In this document: positions 49,858-60,102 of the stretch, piece after piece
Position numbering within the stretch: position 1 is the stretch's first letter
Layout of the letters: each line of letters starts with the position of its first letter
Sequence record: SRR20825006_1611
Length of the DNA: 64,000 nucleotides
Strand: one strand, 5' to 3'
Notes under the pieces: model-generated
Told to the model about the DNA's origin: nothing
Seen by the model: the letters and a program-made list of their open reading frames with translations, nothing else
The model's database searches: none
Made by a program: the position numbers and the translations under genes

Positions 49858-51774
49858 ATGGACCAATTCAACTTTGCACTGGCATCCGCCGGATCCAGCG
49901 AGCTGATCTTCGCCTGCGCCCTGATCGGGGCGCTGGGAATTGGTGCGCAATGGGTCGCTTGGCGTATACAGGCACCCGCCATTGTGCTGATGGCGTTGGC
50001 AGGTTTGGCGGTCGGTCCGCTGTGGACTGTGGTTTTCGGCGAGCCTCTGCTCAATCCTGAGAAGGTGTTCAACAGTGGCAGCAGCGAATTGTTGCGTCCC
50101 ATCGTGTCGCTGGCCGTTGCCGTGATCCTGTTCGAGGGCGGGCTCGTCCTGAAATTCGAGAACCTGCGTGATGCCGGTGCAGCTGTTCGGCGCATGGTAT
50201 TCCTTGGTGGCCCGCTGGCTTGGGCGCTGGGCACTTTCGCAGCCCATTATGCCGCCGGTCTCGATTGGGGCAGTTCTGTTGTGTTTGCGGGCGTACTGGT
50301 GGTTACCGGGCCCACCGTGATCATGCCATTGTTGCGTCAGTCCAAACTCGGCGGGCGAACCGGTCAGTTCCTGAAATGGGAAGGCATCGTCAACGATCCG
50401 GTTGGCGCCCTGTTTGCCGTGGCTGCTTTCGAAATCATTCGCGTGGCCGCCACGGGGGAGTCGATCCTGGGTAAGGGCGCCATGATCATCGTGGCCGCTG
50501 CACTGGGTGTCGGGCTGGGCTTCGCCTTCGGTTGGGCCATCGTGCGCGCCTTCCGTCAGGGGTGGACTCCGGAATACCTCAAGGCGCCGATCATCTTCGC
50601 GTCCATCATTCTCTGTTATGCGCTGGCAGAAATGATCGAAAAGGAAATCGGCCTCGTTGCCGTCACGGCCTATGGCATGACGCTGGCCAATTCGCGCCTT
50701 GCCGGGCTCGCGGAACTCCGAAAATTCAAGGAGGATATCGCCGTCTTGCTCGTTTCGGGCGTGTTTGTCATCCTGACGGCGAACCTCACGCCAGATGTCA
50801 TTCGCCGCGCACTGACCTGGAATACGCTCGCCTTCCTGTTGGCGATGCTGTTCATCGTGCGGCCGCTTTCGGTGTGGATCGCCACATTCGGGACGTTGAA
50901 ACGCAATGAAGCAATCCTGCTTGGCTGGATTGCGCCCCGCGGGATCGTGGCGGTTGCCGTTTCCAGCCTTTTTGCAACCCTGCTGGAGGATCTCGGGCGG
51001 CGCGGAGATTCCCGGTTCTATTTCTCTGGTGCAGAACAGATCACCCCGCTCGCCTTTGCCATGGTGTTCGTGACCGTGGTCCTCCACGGCTTTACGATCG
51101 GGCCAATGGCCCGGCGATTGGGACTCGCCCGCAAGGAGCGACCCGGCGTCTTGCTGGTAGGTGTGAACCCCTGGAGTATCGATCTGGCCAAAGTGCTGAA
51201 GGATGTCGGCATTGAACCGATCCTTGCAGACAATAACTGGAGGCGCTTGCGACCTGCACGCGAGGCCGGGCTCAACACCTTCTTCGGCGAAGTCCTGTCA
51301 GAGGAAGCGGAGGTTCGGCTGGATCATGCCGCCTTTGACCAGGTTGTTGGCTTGTCTGCCAATGAGCCGTACAACGCGCTCGTTTCCGGACATTTTGCCC
51401 CCGAACTCGGCCGCCACAGGGTCTATCAATTGTCGGCACAGGATACCGAAGAAGAAGATCCCCGGGCCATCGGCATGGGCACACGCGGGCGAACACTGAT
51501 TCGTCGGGGCAGGGGCTATGACAGCCTGATCCGCGACCATTATCGCGGTTGGACCTTTGGCAAGACGAAGTTGACGGATGAATACGACCTTGAAGATTAT
51601 CGCAAGGATCGACCGAAAGTGGACCTGATCGCTGAAATTCGCGCAGATGGCACGCTGATTTTCCTCGGGCCGAATCGGGAGGCCAAGGGCGGCGACGGGG
51701 TCACGTTGATCAGCTTTGGTCCGGCGCGCGATGTCGACGTTGCAACTGAACCTGAAGAGGTTGCTGCCAGCTAG
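49858..51774 (+). CDS. CPA1 cation:proton antiporter with C-terminal RCK-like domain
   Basis: ILFEGG, TGPTV, EGIVNDP, PRGIVA. Confidence 0.92.
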   Translation: MDQFNFALASAGSSELIFACALIGALGIGAQWVAWRIQAPAIVLMALAGLAVGPLWTVVFGEPLLNPEKVFNSGSSELLRPIVSLAVAVILFEGGLVLKFENLRDAGAAVRRMVFLGGPLAWALGTFAAHYAAGLDWGSSVVFAGVLVVTGPTVIMPLLRQSKLGGRTGQFLKWEGIVNDPVGALFAVAAFEIIRVAATGESILGKGAMIIVAAALGVGLGFAFGWAIVRAFRQGWTPEYLKAPIIFASIILCYALAEMIEKEIGLVAVTAYGMTLANSRLAGLAELRKFKEDIAVLLVSGVFVILTANLTPDVIRRALTWNTLAFLLAMLFIVRPLSVWIATFGTLKRNEAILLGWIAPRGIVAVAVSSLFATLLEDLGRRGDSRFYFSGAEQITPLAFAMVFVTVVLHGFTIGPMARRLGLARKERPGVLLVGVNPWSIDLAKVLKDVGIEPILADNNWRRLRPAREAGLNTFFGEVLSEEAEVRLDHAAFDQVVGLSANEPYNALVSGHFAPELGRHRVYQLSAQDTEEEDPRAIGMGTRGRTLIRRGRGYDSLIRDHYRGWTFGKTKLTDEYDLEDYRKDRPKVDLIAEIRADGTLIFLGPNREAKGGDGVTLISFGPARDVDVATEPEEVAAS

Positions 51775-51780
51775 GCCGCA

Positions 51781-52500
51781 CTATTCGCCGGCTGCCTGCA
51801 AGCCAGCGCCATGCTCACGCAGCCATGAGCGTTGCCGCTTCCAGTCGCTGCAGCAGGTTGCAACATGCGCCCAGAACCGCGGGGAGTGGTTCATTTCCAG
51901 CAAATGTGCACATTCATGGGCCGCCACGTAGTCAAGCACTTCAGAGGGCGCCATGATCAGGCGCCATGAGAACGACAATTTACCATCGGCCGTGCACGAG
52001 CCCCAACGCGAGCGGGTATCCTTCACCGAAATGCCATTGTACGAGACGCCCAACGTGGCGGCATGACGGTTTACTGAGCGGGTGATATCTGCCCGCGCCT
52101 GTTTCTTCAGGTAGCGGGTGACCCGCAAATGCAGTGTTTCCGGGTCACCTGGCGCGCAAAGTGTGTTCGGCTGACCGGTTATCATGCGGGCTACGCGGCC
52201 CGAGCCTTCTGCGGTCAGGCGGCAGGGAGCACCCCGATACGAAATCAGATTGTTTTCTTCAAAGCGAACAACTTCTGGAAGGTGTTGTAGGCGCGTTGAA
52301 ATCCAGTCGATTCGCTCGGCTGCGAAGGCGGCGGCGTCCTTGATCTGCCGCCGCGATGGCGCAATCGCGACCGCTTCCCGGCGGCGTTCATCCAATCTCA
52401 AAATCAACCGGCGTGCCTTCGAATTCACTTCAAGGCGAACACGAATTTCGTCCCCGTCGGGGCCATTGAATGTCACGGTCTGGCCATTGTTGTATGCCAT
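51781..52500 (-). CDS. YgjP/DUF45 zinc metalloprotease-like protein
   Basis: SRWGSC, HECAH, NHSPRFW. Confidence 0.9.
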   Translation of the reverse strand: MAYNNGQTVTFNGPDGDEIRVRLEVNSKARRLILRLDERRREAVAIAPSRRQIKDAAAFAAERIDWISTRLQHLPEVVRFEENNLISYRGAPCRLTAEGSGRVARMITGQPNTLCAPGDPETLHLRVTRYLKKQARADITRSVNRHAATLGVSYNGISVKDTRSRWGSCTADGKLSFSWRLIMAPSEVLDYVAAHECAHLLEMNHSPRFWAHVATCCSDWKRQRSWLREHGAGLQAAGE

Positions 52501-52568
52501 GTTAATAATCTCACTCTAGGTGACGGGCGCAAATGAAACGCTGGCATCAATCATTAAAGGGACCAAAC

Positions 52569-54200
52569 ATGAAATATCTGCTCACAGGCGTTGCCGCCAT
52601 CGCCATGCTTACGGCTTGCGGAGACAAAGACAAGCCGGTTGATGGCGCTGGCTCTGAATACGCCACAGATGCCGCAAAGGACGTCAAGGCCCGCAAAGGT
52701 GATCCAGCAACCGCGCCACAGGCGCTTGCGGCTTTTGCTTTGGATGAAGCCGACGACAGCCGCATTTCCTTCGGCAGCAGCACGCTGAACGGGGACAAGG
52801 CCGTATTCACTGATGTGACGCTTCTGGCAGGCGACGATGTCGGGTCCGACGGCGATGAAGACGGCACGCACCTGGATGGTGCTGATGTAAAAGCGAAAAA
52901 GCTGGAATTCGACGGTCTTGCCATGATTGACGGCAAAGCGAGCTTCTCGCGCATGGTCATGTCCGACATTTCGCTGGTTCCGACTGATCCCGAAGAAGCA
53001 GAAGATGGCAGCGCGTCCATTGGCTCCATCGAACTGGTCAATCCTTCACCTGCGCTGGCAGCATGGGTCGCGAGCGTGTTTGCGGACGCAGAACCTGCTG
53101 ACATGCCTACAGGGGAAGCGCTCTCTTTCGATCTGTGGACCATGAACGACATGAACATGCAGATCGATGAAGACGATGGCGAAAGTGGTACCTTCCTCGT
53201 GGACACGATTTCGGTCTCTGGGATGAAGAATCAGAAGGCTGCTCAGATGATGCTGAAGGGCCTGAAGTTCGACATGTTCGATCCTGAAGACGACATGACC
53301 GTCAAGGCCAATCTCAGCAATGTGGATATTCGCGGGTTTGACTGGTCGGTGTTTGCACCAGCTGAGGGCGACTCTCTGGAAGACAGCTTTGAGTCTGGCT
53401 TCATGGCTGGCATGAACCCGAAAGATCCGGCCAATCCCGGTTACAAGTCGATCAATCTGAAAGATCTGAACTTCGATGTTTCAGGCGTCAATTTCGACAT
53501 GCCTTCGCTCGTATCCAATGTCAGCCATGACAAGCAGGGCCGTGCCGTAAAAGTGATCACTGAGCCTGTCAAAATGGTTTTGAACGCTGGTGATGGTGAA
53601 CTTGGCCAGCAGTTGGGCACCCAGCTTGCGACGCTCGGGTACGAAAAGCTTGAGCTGACCATGGCCAGTGAACAGGCTTACGATCCTGATGCAGACGTGG
53701 TGACGCTGGAAAAAGGCAAGAATTACTGGGAGCTGAAAGATGGCTTCCGCTTGAATTTCGGCGCGAAGTATGAAGGTGCCAGCGCGATGGCAGCGGCTCA
53801 GGCTGAGCAGGATATGGACTCTGCAGATCCATCGGCAATGCTGGGAGAAGTCATGGAGAAGCTTACGCTCCACTCCATCGACCTGTCTTTGGATGATGAT
53901 GGCATCGTGGACCGTGCCTTCAATGCCTACGCCGCGCAGAGCGGTGAAGACCCGCAGCAGCTGCGCAATCAAACGGCTGGTCTGCTGGCCATGGCACCCA
54001 TGATGGCGTCAGGTTCGGGGATCGACATGGAACTGGCAACTGAGGCCTCCACGGCCCTGTCCAGCTTCATCACGGATCCGAAGACGCTGACCATTTCGTT
54101 GAACCCTGCGACACCGATCAAGATGTCGACATTTGCAGAGATGGAAGACCCGTCTACGCTGACCAAGTCGTCGCTCGGCTTCTCGGCTAGCAACGAATAG
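52569..54200 (+). CDS. acidic beta-rich hypothetical lipoprotein
   Basis: LTAC lipobox; AAGGGA RBS. Confidence 0.82.
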   Translation: MKYLLTGVAAIAMLTACGDKDKPVDGAGSEYATDAAKDVKARKGDPATAPQALAAFALDEADDSRISFGSSTLNGDKAVFTDVTLLAGDDVGSDGDEDGTHLDGADVKAKKLEFDGLAMIDGKASFSRMVMSDISLVPTDPEEAEDGSASIGSIELVNPSPALAAWVASVFADAEPADMPTGEALSFDLWTMNDMNMQIDEDDGESGTFLVDTISVSGMKNQKAAQMMLKGLKFDMFDPEDDMTVKANLSNVDIRGFDWSVFAPAEGDSLEDSFESGFMAGMNPKDPANPGYKSINLKDLNFDVSGVNFDMPSLVSNVSHDKQGRAVKVITEPVKMVLNAGDGELGQQLGTQLATLGYEKLELTMASEQAYDPDADVVTLEKGKNYWELKDGFRLNFGAKYEGASAMAAAQAEQDMDSADPSAMLGEVMEKLTLHSIDLSLDDDGIVDRAFNAYAAQSGEDPQQLRNQTAGLLAMAPMMASGSGIDMELATEASTALSSFITDPKTLTISLNPATPIKMSTFAEMEDPSTLTKSSLGFSASNE

Positions 54201-54220
54201 AGTCTACTGGAATCCGCTCT

Positions 54221-54260
54221 AAGCGCGCGCGTGCCGACTGGGCGCGCGCGCTTTTCTTTG
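54221..54260 (+). terminator. intrinsic terminator
   Basis: AAGCGCGCGCG...CGCGCGCGCTT followed by T-rich tail. Confidence 0.75.
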
Positions 54261-54289
54261 TTCTCAGGCCGGGGCATAGACTTTTCGCC

Positions 54290-55111
54290 ATGAAAATTGC
54301 CTTTTTTGGAGATGTGGTCGGAAAGCCTGGCCGACAGGCTGTCCTGGACCATTTGCCGGGCCTTAAGGCGCGCATGCGTCTGGATTTTGCTGTAGTAAAC
54401 GCTGAGAATTCGGCGGGGGGCTTCGGCCTGACAAGCGTCATTGCGGAGGAATTCTTTGCCGCAGGTGCTGATTGCCTGACTCTCGGTGATCATGCCTGGG
54501 ATCAACGCGAGGCTTTGACCTATATCGAACGCGAACCCCGTTTGTTGCGCCCCATAAATTACCCATCGGCTGCCGGCGCACCTGGCAAGGGAGCCAATCT
54601 GTTCAGCTTGCCGGATGGGCGTCGTGTCGGGGTCGTCCAGGTGCAGGGGAATGTGTTCATGCGCCAGACGCTGCCGTGTCCCTTTGCGGCCGTGGATGCG
54701 GCATTGGATTCCATGCCGCTTGGCGCTGTGGCGGATGCCATCATTGTGGACATGCATTGTGAAGCGACCAGTGAGAAAATGGCTATGGGCCATCACTGCG
54801 ATGGGCGGGCAAGTCTCGTGGTTGGAAGTCACACCCATGTCCCCACAGCCGACACGATGATCCTTGAGGGCGGCACGGCTTATCAGACGGATGCCGGAAT
54901 GTGCGGTGACTATGACAGCGTCATCGGCATGCAGAAGCAGATTTCCCTGTATCGATTCCAGACACAATTGCCTGGAGAGCGTTACCAGCCCGCTTTGGGG
55001 GAGGGGACCTTGTGCGGAACCTATATAGAAACCGATGACGCCACAGGACTTGCCACAAGAATTGAAGCTATCCGCATTGGCGGCCGTTTGAGCGATTCTG
55101 TTCCGGCCTGA
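54290..55111 (+). CDS. TIGR00282/YmdB metallophosphoesterase
   Basis: GDVVG..GR, NAEN, HCEATSEK, GSHTHVPT, DAGMCG. Confidence 0.93.
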   Translation: MKIAFFGDVVGKPGRQAVLDHLPGLKARMRLDFAVVNAENSAGGFGLTSVIAEEFFAAGADCLTLGDHAWDQREALTYIEREPRLLRPINYPSAAGAPGKGANLFSLPDGRRVGVVQVQGNVFMRQTLPCPFAAVDAALDSMPLGAVADAIIVDMHCEATSEKMAMGHHCDGRASLVVGSHTHVPTADTMILEGGTAYQTDAGMCGDYDSVIGMQKQISLYRFQTQLPGERYQPALGEGTLCGTYIETDDATGLATRIEAIRIGGRLSDSVPA

Positions 55112-55143
55112 GCGCTGCGCGGACGCACAGAGAGATTTCATTG

Positions 55144-55722
55144 ATGAAAATTGTGGACACGGTCAGGCAGGATTTGCGCTTAAGAACCGCTGACCATCAT
55201 GCGCGCGTGGACGAATTGATCAGCCGCCATGACCTCACTCGGCCGGAAGGGCTTGCCGCCTTTCTCGCAATCAATCATCTCGCCTATACGACGGTTGAGC
55301 GTCATTTGCGGCCGCATGGCGGGTTCACATTGCCACACTTGTCCCTCGAAGAAATAGAGGCTGATCTTGCCTCACTCGGCGCTGGAATACCGACCTGGCA
55401 GGCAGAGCCCAGTATGGAGGCGGCGCATCCAGTTGGAATAATTTATGTTATCGCGGGTAGCCGCCTCGGTGGTACGGTTCTGCACAAACGATGGCAGCAG
55501 GCCGATGATTCGAATGTCCGGCTTGCAGGTCGCTTTTTGAGCCGGATGACAGACCGTTCTTGCTGGACAGATTTTCTTGTCCAGGTTTCAAACGCGCAAA
55601 TTAGCCAATCGGAATTTATTGATATAGTAGAATCTGCGAAGGGCTGTTTCTCGATTTTTGAGGCGGCTTGCCAGGACGTGACCAGAAAGTTTGCCTATGA
55701 TCCGCCACAGCCCCGAAACTGA
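55144..55722 (+). CDS. bphO: biliverdin-producing heme oxygenase
   Basis: LR..T...H and YVIAGSRLGG; overlaps phytochrome start. Confidence 0.8.
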   Translation: MKIVDTVRQDLRLRTADHHARVDELISRHDLTRPEGLAAFLAINHLAYTTVERHLRPHGGFTLPHLSLEEIEADLASLGAGIPTWQAEPSMEAAHPVGIIYVIAGSRLGGTVLHKRWQQADDSNVRLAGRFLSRMTDRSCWTDFLVQVSNAQISQSEFIDIVESAKGCFSIFEAACQDVTRKFAYDPPQPRN

Positions 55723-58255
55723 CGGGCCCGCGAGCGATGTTGACCTGACGAATTGCGACCGTGAACCCATTCACGTCATCGGGCGTGTACAGTCCTTTGG
55801 TGGCCTGATCTCCATGTCGTCAGACTGGATCGTGAACCATGCTTCGGTAAACGTCAAAGAGTTCATCGGAGCCGCAGCGGAAGAGCTGATAGGCAAGCCC
55901 CTGAGAGACTGTTTCTCGGAACAGGCCTTGCTGTTGATTCGATCCCGCATGCCGATGCTGGCGTCGCCAGATGCTGTTGAGCGCGTATTCGGTGTGGCAT
56001 TGACCGGGGATGAGCGCTTGTTCGACCTCTCCATGCACCTGTCGGGGCGCTCGATCGTTATGGAGTTCGAGCCTCGGGACGATGCGCGCGATACCAACTA
56101 TGTGAACTATGTTCGTCCCATGGTGGAGCGTATATCTCGCGCCGATTCTTCGCAACAATTGTGCGATGAGGCGGCGCGCCAGTTGCGCAACCTGATTGGG
56201 TTTGATCGGATCATGGTTTACCGCTTTGCAGAGGATGATTCCGGCGTTGTCGTATCTGAATCCGTCAAGCCGGGAATGGATAGTTTCAAGGGTTTACATT
56301 ATCCGGCGTCTGACATTCCAAGGCAAGCGCGAGCACTCTACAAGCGTAACCTTCTGCGTATCATCGCGGATGTATCGGATTCGGGCGCGGAGATCATTCC
56401 TGCCATCAATCCAGAGGGTGTGCCGCTCGACTTGTCTATGAGTGGTTTGCGGTCCGTCTCGCCCATTCATCTGGAATATCTGGCAAATATGGGCGTTCAG
56501 GCGTCGCTCTCCATTTCCATCCTGAAGCGGGGCAAGCTCTGGGGGCTTTTCGCCTGCCATCATGAGAGCCCGCGAGTGCTTGGCTATGAAGTTCGTACGG
56601 CCGCGGAACTGTTTGGGCAGCTTTTCTCATTTGTATTGGACCAGAAAGAATCTGACGAGGGCAGGGATGAGCAGGAGCGCGCCCAGTCCCTGCATGACCA
56701 ACTCATGGCTCAGCTTGCCGAAGATGCGTCGATATCTGACAATTTTGATACCATCATCAGCGGTATCGCCTCGGTCATTCCTTACGACGGAGCCGTTGGG
56801 TGGGTTAACGGAGAATTCGAATCGATCGGACATACGCCGAGCAAGGAGGAATTTCTTGGCTTGGTGAGTTTCCTGAATACGACGGCCGCCAGCCGGATTT
56901 ATCACACGGACAGTGTTGTTAAAGCCTATCCCGCTGCTGCTGGGTTTGTGGATCGCGCTGCCGGTATGCTCGTCTTGCCCGTGTCGCGGGCGCCGAGAGA
57001 CTATATTGTGCTGTTCCGCAGGGAGCTTGCAAAATCTGTCACATGGGCCGGGAATCCGGATAAACCCGTCGTTTCTGGTCCGAATGGCGACCGTCTCACC
57101 CCGCGCAAGAGTTTTGAGGCATGGCAGCAGATTGTGCGGAATACATCTGCCCCCTGGCAGCCCGCCGAAGTGCGCGCCGCTGAAGCGCTGCGGCTGACAT
57201 TGCTCGAAGTCATTTTGCGTATGTCGGACGCAACATTGCGCGAACGGGCTAAAGCGCAGGAGCATCAGGAACTTCTGATTGCCGAGCTTAATCACCGAGT
57301 GCGGAATATCTTGAGCTTGATTGGTGGGCTTGTTGAACAGAGTGGATCCGAGGCGCGCTCCATCTCTGAGTTTACGCATGTTGTGGGTGGTCGGATCCAT
57401 GCACTCAGTCGTGCCCATGACTTGATCACGAGGCAGCAATGGGAGCCTGCTTCAGCACGAGAACTGATACGCATCGAGGTAGAGGCCTATCTTGGGGCAA
57501 ACGCCGAGAAGGTGAAGATTCAGGGGCCGGACGTCCACTTGCGACCAAAAGCCTTCACGGCTGTGTCACTGGTCGTGCATGAATTGCTAACCAACTCGGC
57601 CAAATACGGGGCGCTTAGCAAAACAAATGGCGTCGTGCAGATTGGCTTCGCGCGGCTCTCGGACGGGGCCTTGTCAATATCGTGGTTGGAGACCGGTGGC
57701 CCGCCCATCCAGTCGCCTCCTGTACGCCGCGGCTTCGGGTCGACCATCATTGAGCGATCGATTCCGTATGAGCTGGGTGGTCGAGCCGAGATTAGGTTTG
57801 AGGTCACCGGAGTCTCAGCGGATTTCGAAATTCCCCCTGCACATGTCGATGGATTTTCCGATGCCTTGCACCCGGAGACCGGAAACAAGATGGATGAACG
57901 CAAGCAGGCCAGCCTGTCTGGGCATGCGCTGGTGCTGGAAGACAATTTGATCATAGCGATGGATGCGGAGGACATGCTTCGGTCGCTAGGTGCGACGGAA
58001 GTGTTCGTGGCGTCAAACGTGAAGGAAGCCCTCGATTTCATCGAGAGCGAGACCCTTCAATTCGCCTTGTTGGATGTCAACCTCGGATCAGAGACCAGTG
58101 AACCGGTCGCCGAACAATTGCACGCACAAGGCATTTCCTTTGCATTTGCGACGGGATATGGAGATTCCATCGATTTGGCAAAGCGTTACTCATCCGCGCC
58201 AGTGGTCAAGAAACCATACGATATCGACTCGATCAAAGCAGCTTTGCCAAATTGA
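55697..58255 (+). CDS. bphP: bacteriophytochrome PAS-GAF-PHY-HWE kinase-REC
   Basis: LTNCDREPIH, PASDIP, PIHLEYL, PRKSF, ELNHRVRN, W.E.GGP, REC tail. Confidence 0.95.
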   Translation: MIRHSPETDGPASDVDLTNCDREPIHVIGRVQSFGGLISMSSDWIVNHASVNVKEFIGAAAEELIGKPLRDCFSEQALLLIRSRMPMLASPDAVERVFGVALTGDERLFDLSMHLSGRSIVMEFEPRDDARDTNYVNYVRPMVERISRADSSQQLCDEAARQLRNLIGFDRIMVYRFAEDDSGVVVSESVKPGMDSFKGLHYPASDIPRQARALYKRNLLRIIADVSDSGAEIIPAINPEGVPLDLSMSGLRSVSPIHLEYLANMGVQASLSISILKRGKLWGLFACHHESPRVLGYEVRTAAELFGQLFSFVLDQKESDEGRDEQERAQSLHDQLMAQLAEDASISDNFDTIISGIASVIPYDGAVGWVNGEFESIGHTPSKEEFLGLVSFLNTTAASRIYHTDSVVKAYPAAAGFVDRAAGMLVLPVSRAPRDYIVLFRRELAKSVTWAGNPDKPVVSGPNGDRLTPRKSFEAWQQIVRNTSAPWQPAEVRAAEALRLTLLEVILRMSDATLRERAKAQEHQELLIAELNHRVRNILSLIGGLVEQSGSEARSISEFTHVVGGRIHALSRAHDLITRQQWEPASARELIRIEVEAYLGANAEKVKIQGPDVHLRPKAFTAVSLVVHELLTNSAKYGALSKTNGVVQIGFARLSDGALSISWLETGGPPIQSPPVRRGFGSTIIERSIPYELGGRAEIRFEVTGVSADFEIPPAHVDGFSDALHPETGNKMDERKQASLSGHALVLEDNLIIAMDAEDMLRSLGATEVFVASNVKEALDFIESETLQFALLDVNLGSETSEPVAEQLHAQGISFAFATGYGDSIDLAKRYSSAPVVKKPYDIDSIKAALPN

Positions 58256-58269
58256 ATTCGCTTTCAGTG

Positions 58270-58296
58270 CCTTCCGTGCGCTGATGGCACGGAAGG
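58270..58296. terminator. hairpin between convergent genes
   Basis: CCTTCCGTGC-N7-GCACGGAAGG. Confidence 0.6.
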
Positions 58297-58308
58297 TCAG
58301 GAGGAAAT

Positions 58309-58947
58309 CTATTTTTCCGGCTGAGGAGTGTAGCGCAAGTACGGCTTCACCGCCTTGTAGCCTTTCGGAAAGAGCCTGGCGATTTCGTTCGGGTCAGTCA
58401 GAGAAGGCACGATGATCACATCATCTCCGTCGTTCCAGTTCACTGGCGTCGCCACTTTGTGGCCGTCCGTAAGTTGAAGGCTGTCAATCAGGCGGAGGAT
58501 CTCATCAAAGTTCCGACCTGCGCTTGGGGGATAGATGATGGAAGCGCGAATTTTCTTGTTGGGGTCGACGACATAAACTGCCCGAACCGTGACTTTGGCG
58601 TCCGCATTTGGGTGAATCATGTTGTACAGCGTTGCCACGCTGCGATCAGGATCGGCAATGATCGGAAATTGAACACTGGTATTCTGGGTTTCCTCGATAT
58701 CAGCGATCCACTTCTTGTGGTCTTCGAGGCTGTCGACTGAAATGACGAGGGCTTTTGCGCCACGCTTTGCGAATTCATCCTTCAGTTTCGCTGTATAGCC
58801 AAGTTCGGTGGTGCAAACCGGTGTGAAATCTGCCGGGTGGGAGAAGAACACGACCCAGTCATCGCCAGCCCATTCGTGGAAGCGAATGCGGCCTTCTGTT
58901 GTCTCGGCTTCAAAATCTGGGGCGACGTCGCCAATCAGAAGGCTCAT
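58309..58947 (-). CDS. 1-Cys peroxiredoxin (Prx6)
   Basis: HPADFTPVCTTE, GRNFDE, ATPVNW. Confidence 0.95.
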   Translation of the reverse strand: MSLLIGDVAPDFEAETTEGRIRFHEWAGDDWVVFFSHPADFTPVCTTELGYTAKLKDEFAKRGAKALVISVDSLEDHKKWIADIEETQNTSVQFPIIADPDRSVATLYNMIHPNADAKVTVRAVYVVDPNKKIRASIIYPPSAGRNFDEILRLIDSLQLTDGHKVATPVNWNDGDDVIIVPSLTDPNEIARLFPKGYKAVKPYLRYTPQPEK

Positions 58948-59073
58948 ATTACCATACTCCTGTCTCTTGATTTCTGACCAGAAAATGGTGCCTAAGAAGA
59001 AGCAATCCAATGCGCGGCACCTGAAGCTGTCGATAAGTTTTTCTAATGCCCGATCCGGGAAGAAGGAATTGGA

Positions 59074-59604
59074 ATGAAGCGCCTGATCCTGATGCGACAC
59101 GCCAAGACGGAGCCTTGGGGCGAAGGGGTAGACGATTTCAGCCGCGCTCTGACGGCAAGAGGCAAGGAGGACGCGCAGCGCATGGCCGAGGAACTGGTCG
59201 CGATGGGATGGTGCCCGGAGCGGATTTTGGTATCCAGCGCCCGCCGCGCCCGCGAAACCTGTTCTGAAGTTGCCAGGGTTGTGGAGGGCGAGAAAGTACG
59301 CCCGATGGAGTCTCTCTATTTGTCGGGTGTGCGCGGCTTGACCGAAGCTGTGCGGCATAATGATGGTGCCGGTACGCTCATGATCATCGGTCACAATCCG
59401 GGCCTGCATGACTTCTCGATGGAAATTCTTCGCGAAGCCGGTAGCCAGGACCATCAGGAATCGATCCGGTTAATAGAAAAATTCCCAACCAGTTGCTGTG
59501 CCTTGTTCGAGAGTGATGAGGATGAAGCGTTTGTGCCTGCCCATTTCCGACTTGCGCAGGTCCTGCGGGCAAAGGACTTCCGGGAAGCCGACGCGAATTC
59601 CTGA
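59074..59604 (+). CDS. sixA: SixA-type histidine phosphatase
   Basis: RHAK, RARET, GHNPG, KFPT. Confidence 0.88.
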   Translation: MKRLILMRHAKTEPWGEGVDDFSRALTARGKEDAQRMAEELVAMGWCPERILVSSARRARETCSEVARVVEGEKVRPMESLYLSGVRGLTEAVRHNDGAGTLMIIGHNPGLHDFSMEILREAGSQDHQESIRLIEKFPTSCCALFESDEDEAFVPAHFRLAQVLRAKDFREADANS

Positions 59605-59636
59605 CAAGAAAATGCCCTGCTGGTGAGAGCAGGGCA
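59605..59636 (-). terminator. intrinsic terminator of the urcA-like transcript
   Basis: minus strand TGCCCTGCT-N6-AGCAGGGCA-TTTTCTTG. Confidence 0.75.
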
Positions 59637-59698
59637 AGGATCCGGACCGGGCGGGCGTGTGTTTGGAGAGGCAGGAGGCCCGCCAGAGCCGAAGAAGA

Positions 59699-60004
59699 TT
59701 AGTTGGATGCGTAGTGAACCTTGGTGAAGGTCGCATCATCCACGAAGGCGACGACCTTTTTCATCATCGAGCGTTCGCACTTTTCGACCACATAGTCCTT
59801 CGCGAAGCGAAATGTGTCATGTTCGGCGGCGCAGCGCTCATGAACATCCTGACGAATGCGCTTGTATTCTTGGATTGCGCCTTCCTGCGTCTCAAGTTGC
59901 GTGCGGTTCAGATCGATTTCCATCTGGAAATTGTCGGACGCGGCGAAAGCAGGCGCCGTGGCGATGGAAGCGGCAATGGCGATGGCTGTGATTGAGCGGA
60001 TCAT
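59699..60004 (-). CDS. UrcA family exported protein
   Basis: signal peptide; L.T.EG....KRI......C and second Cys; AGAAGGA RBS. Confidence 0.78.
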   Translation of the reverse strand: MIRSITAIAIAASIATAPAFAASDNFQMEIDLNRTQLETQEGAIQEYKRIRQDVHERCAAEHDTFRFAKDYVVEKCERSMMKKVVAFVDDATFTKVHYASN

Positions 60005-60102
60005 GGTGAGATTATCCTTCTGGGCTTGTGAGTGTGGGGGCGGGGGGAGGCCGGCGCCACGATCGGCAGGGGAACCGATTGTCGCGGCGCCGGCAGGCGG
60101 GC

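Noticed and set aside
54200-54290. 6S RNA near TIGR00282
   Set aside because: The spacer is too short and is explained by a terminator.
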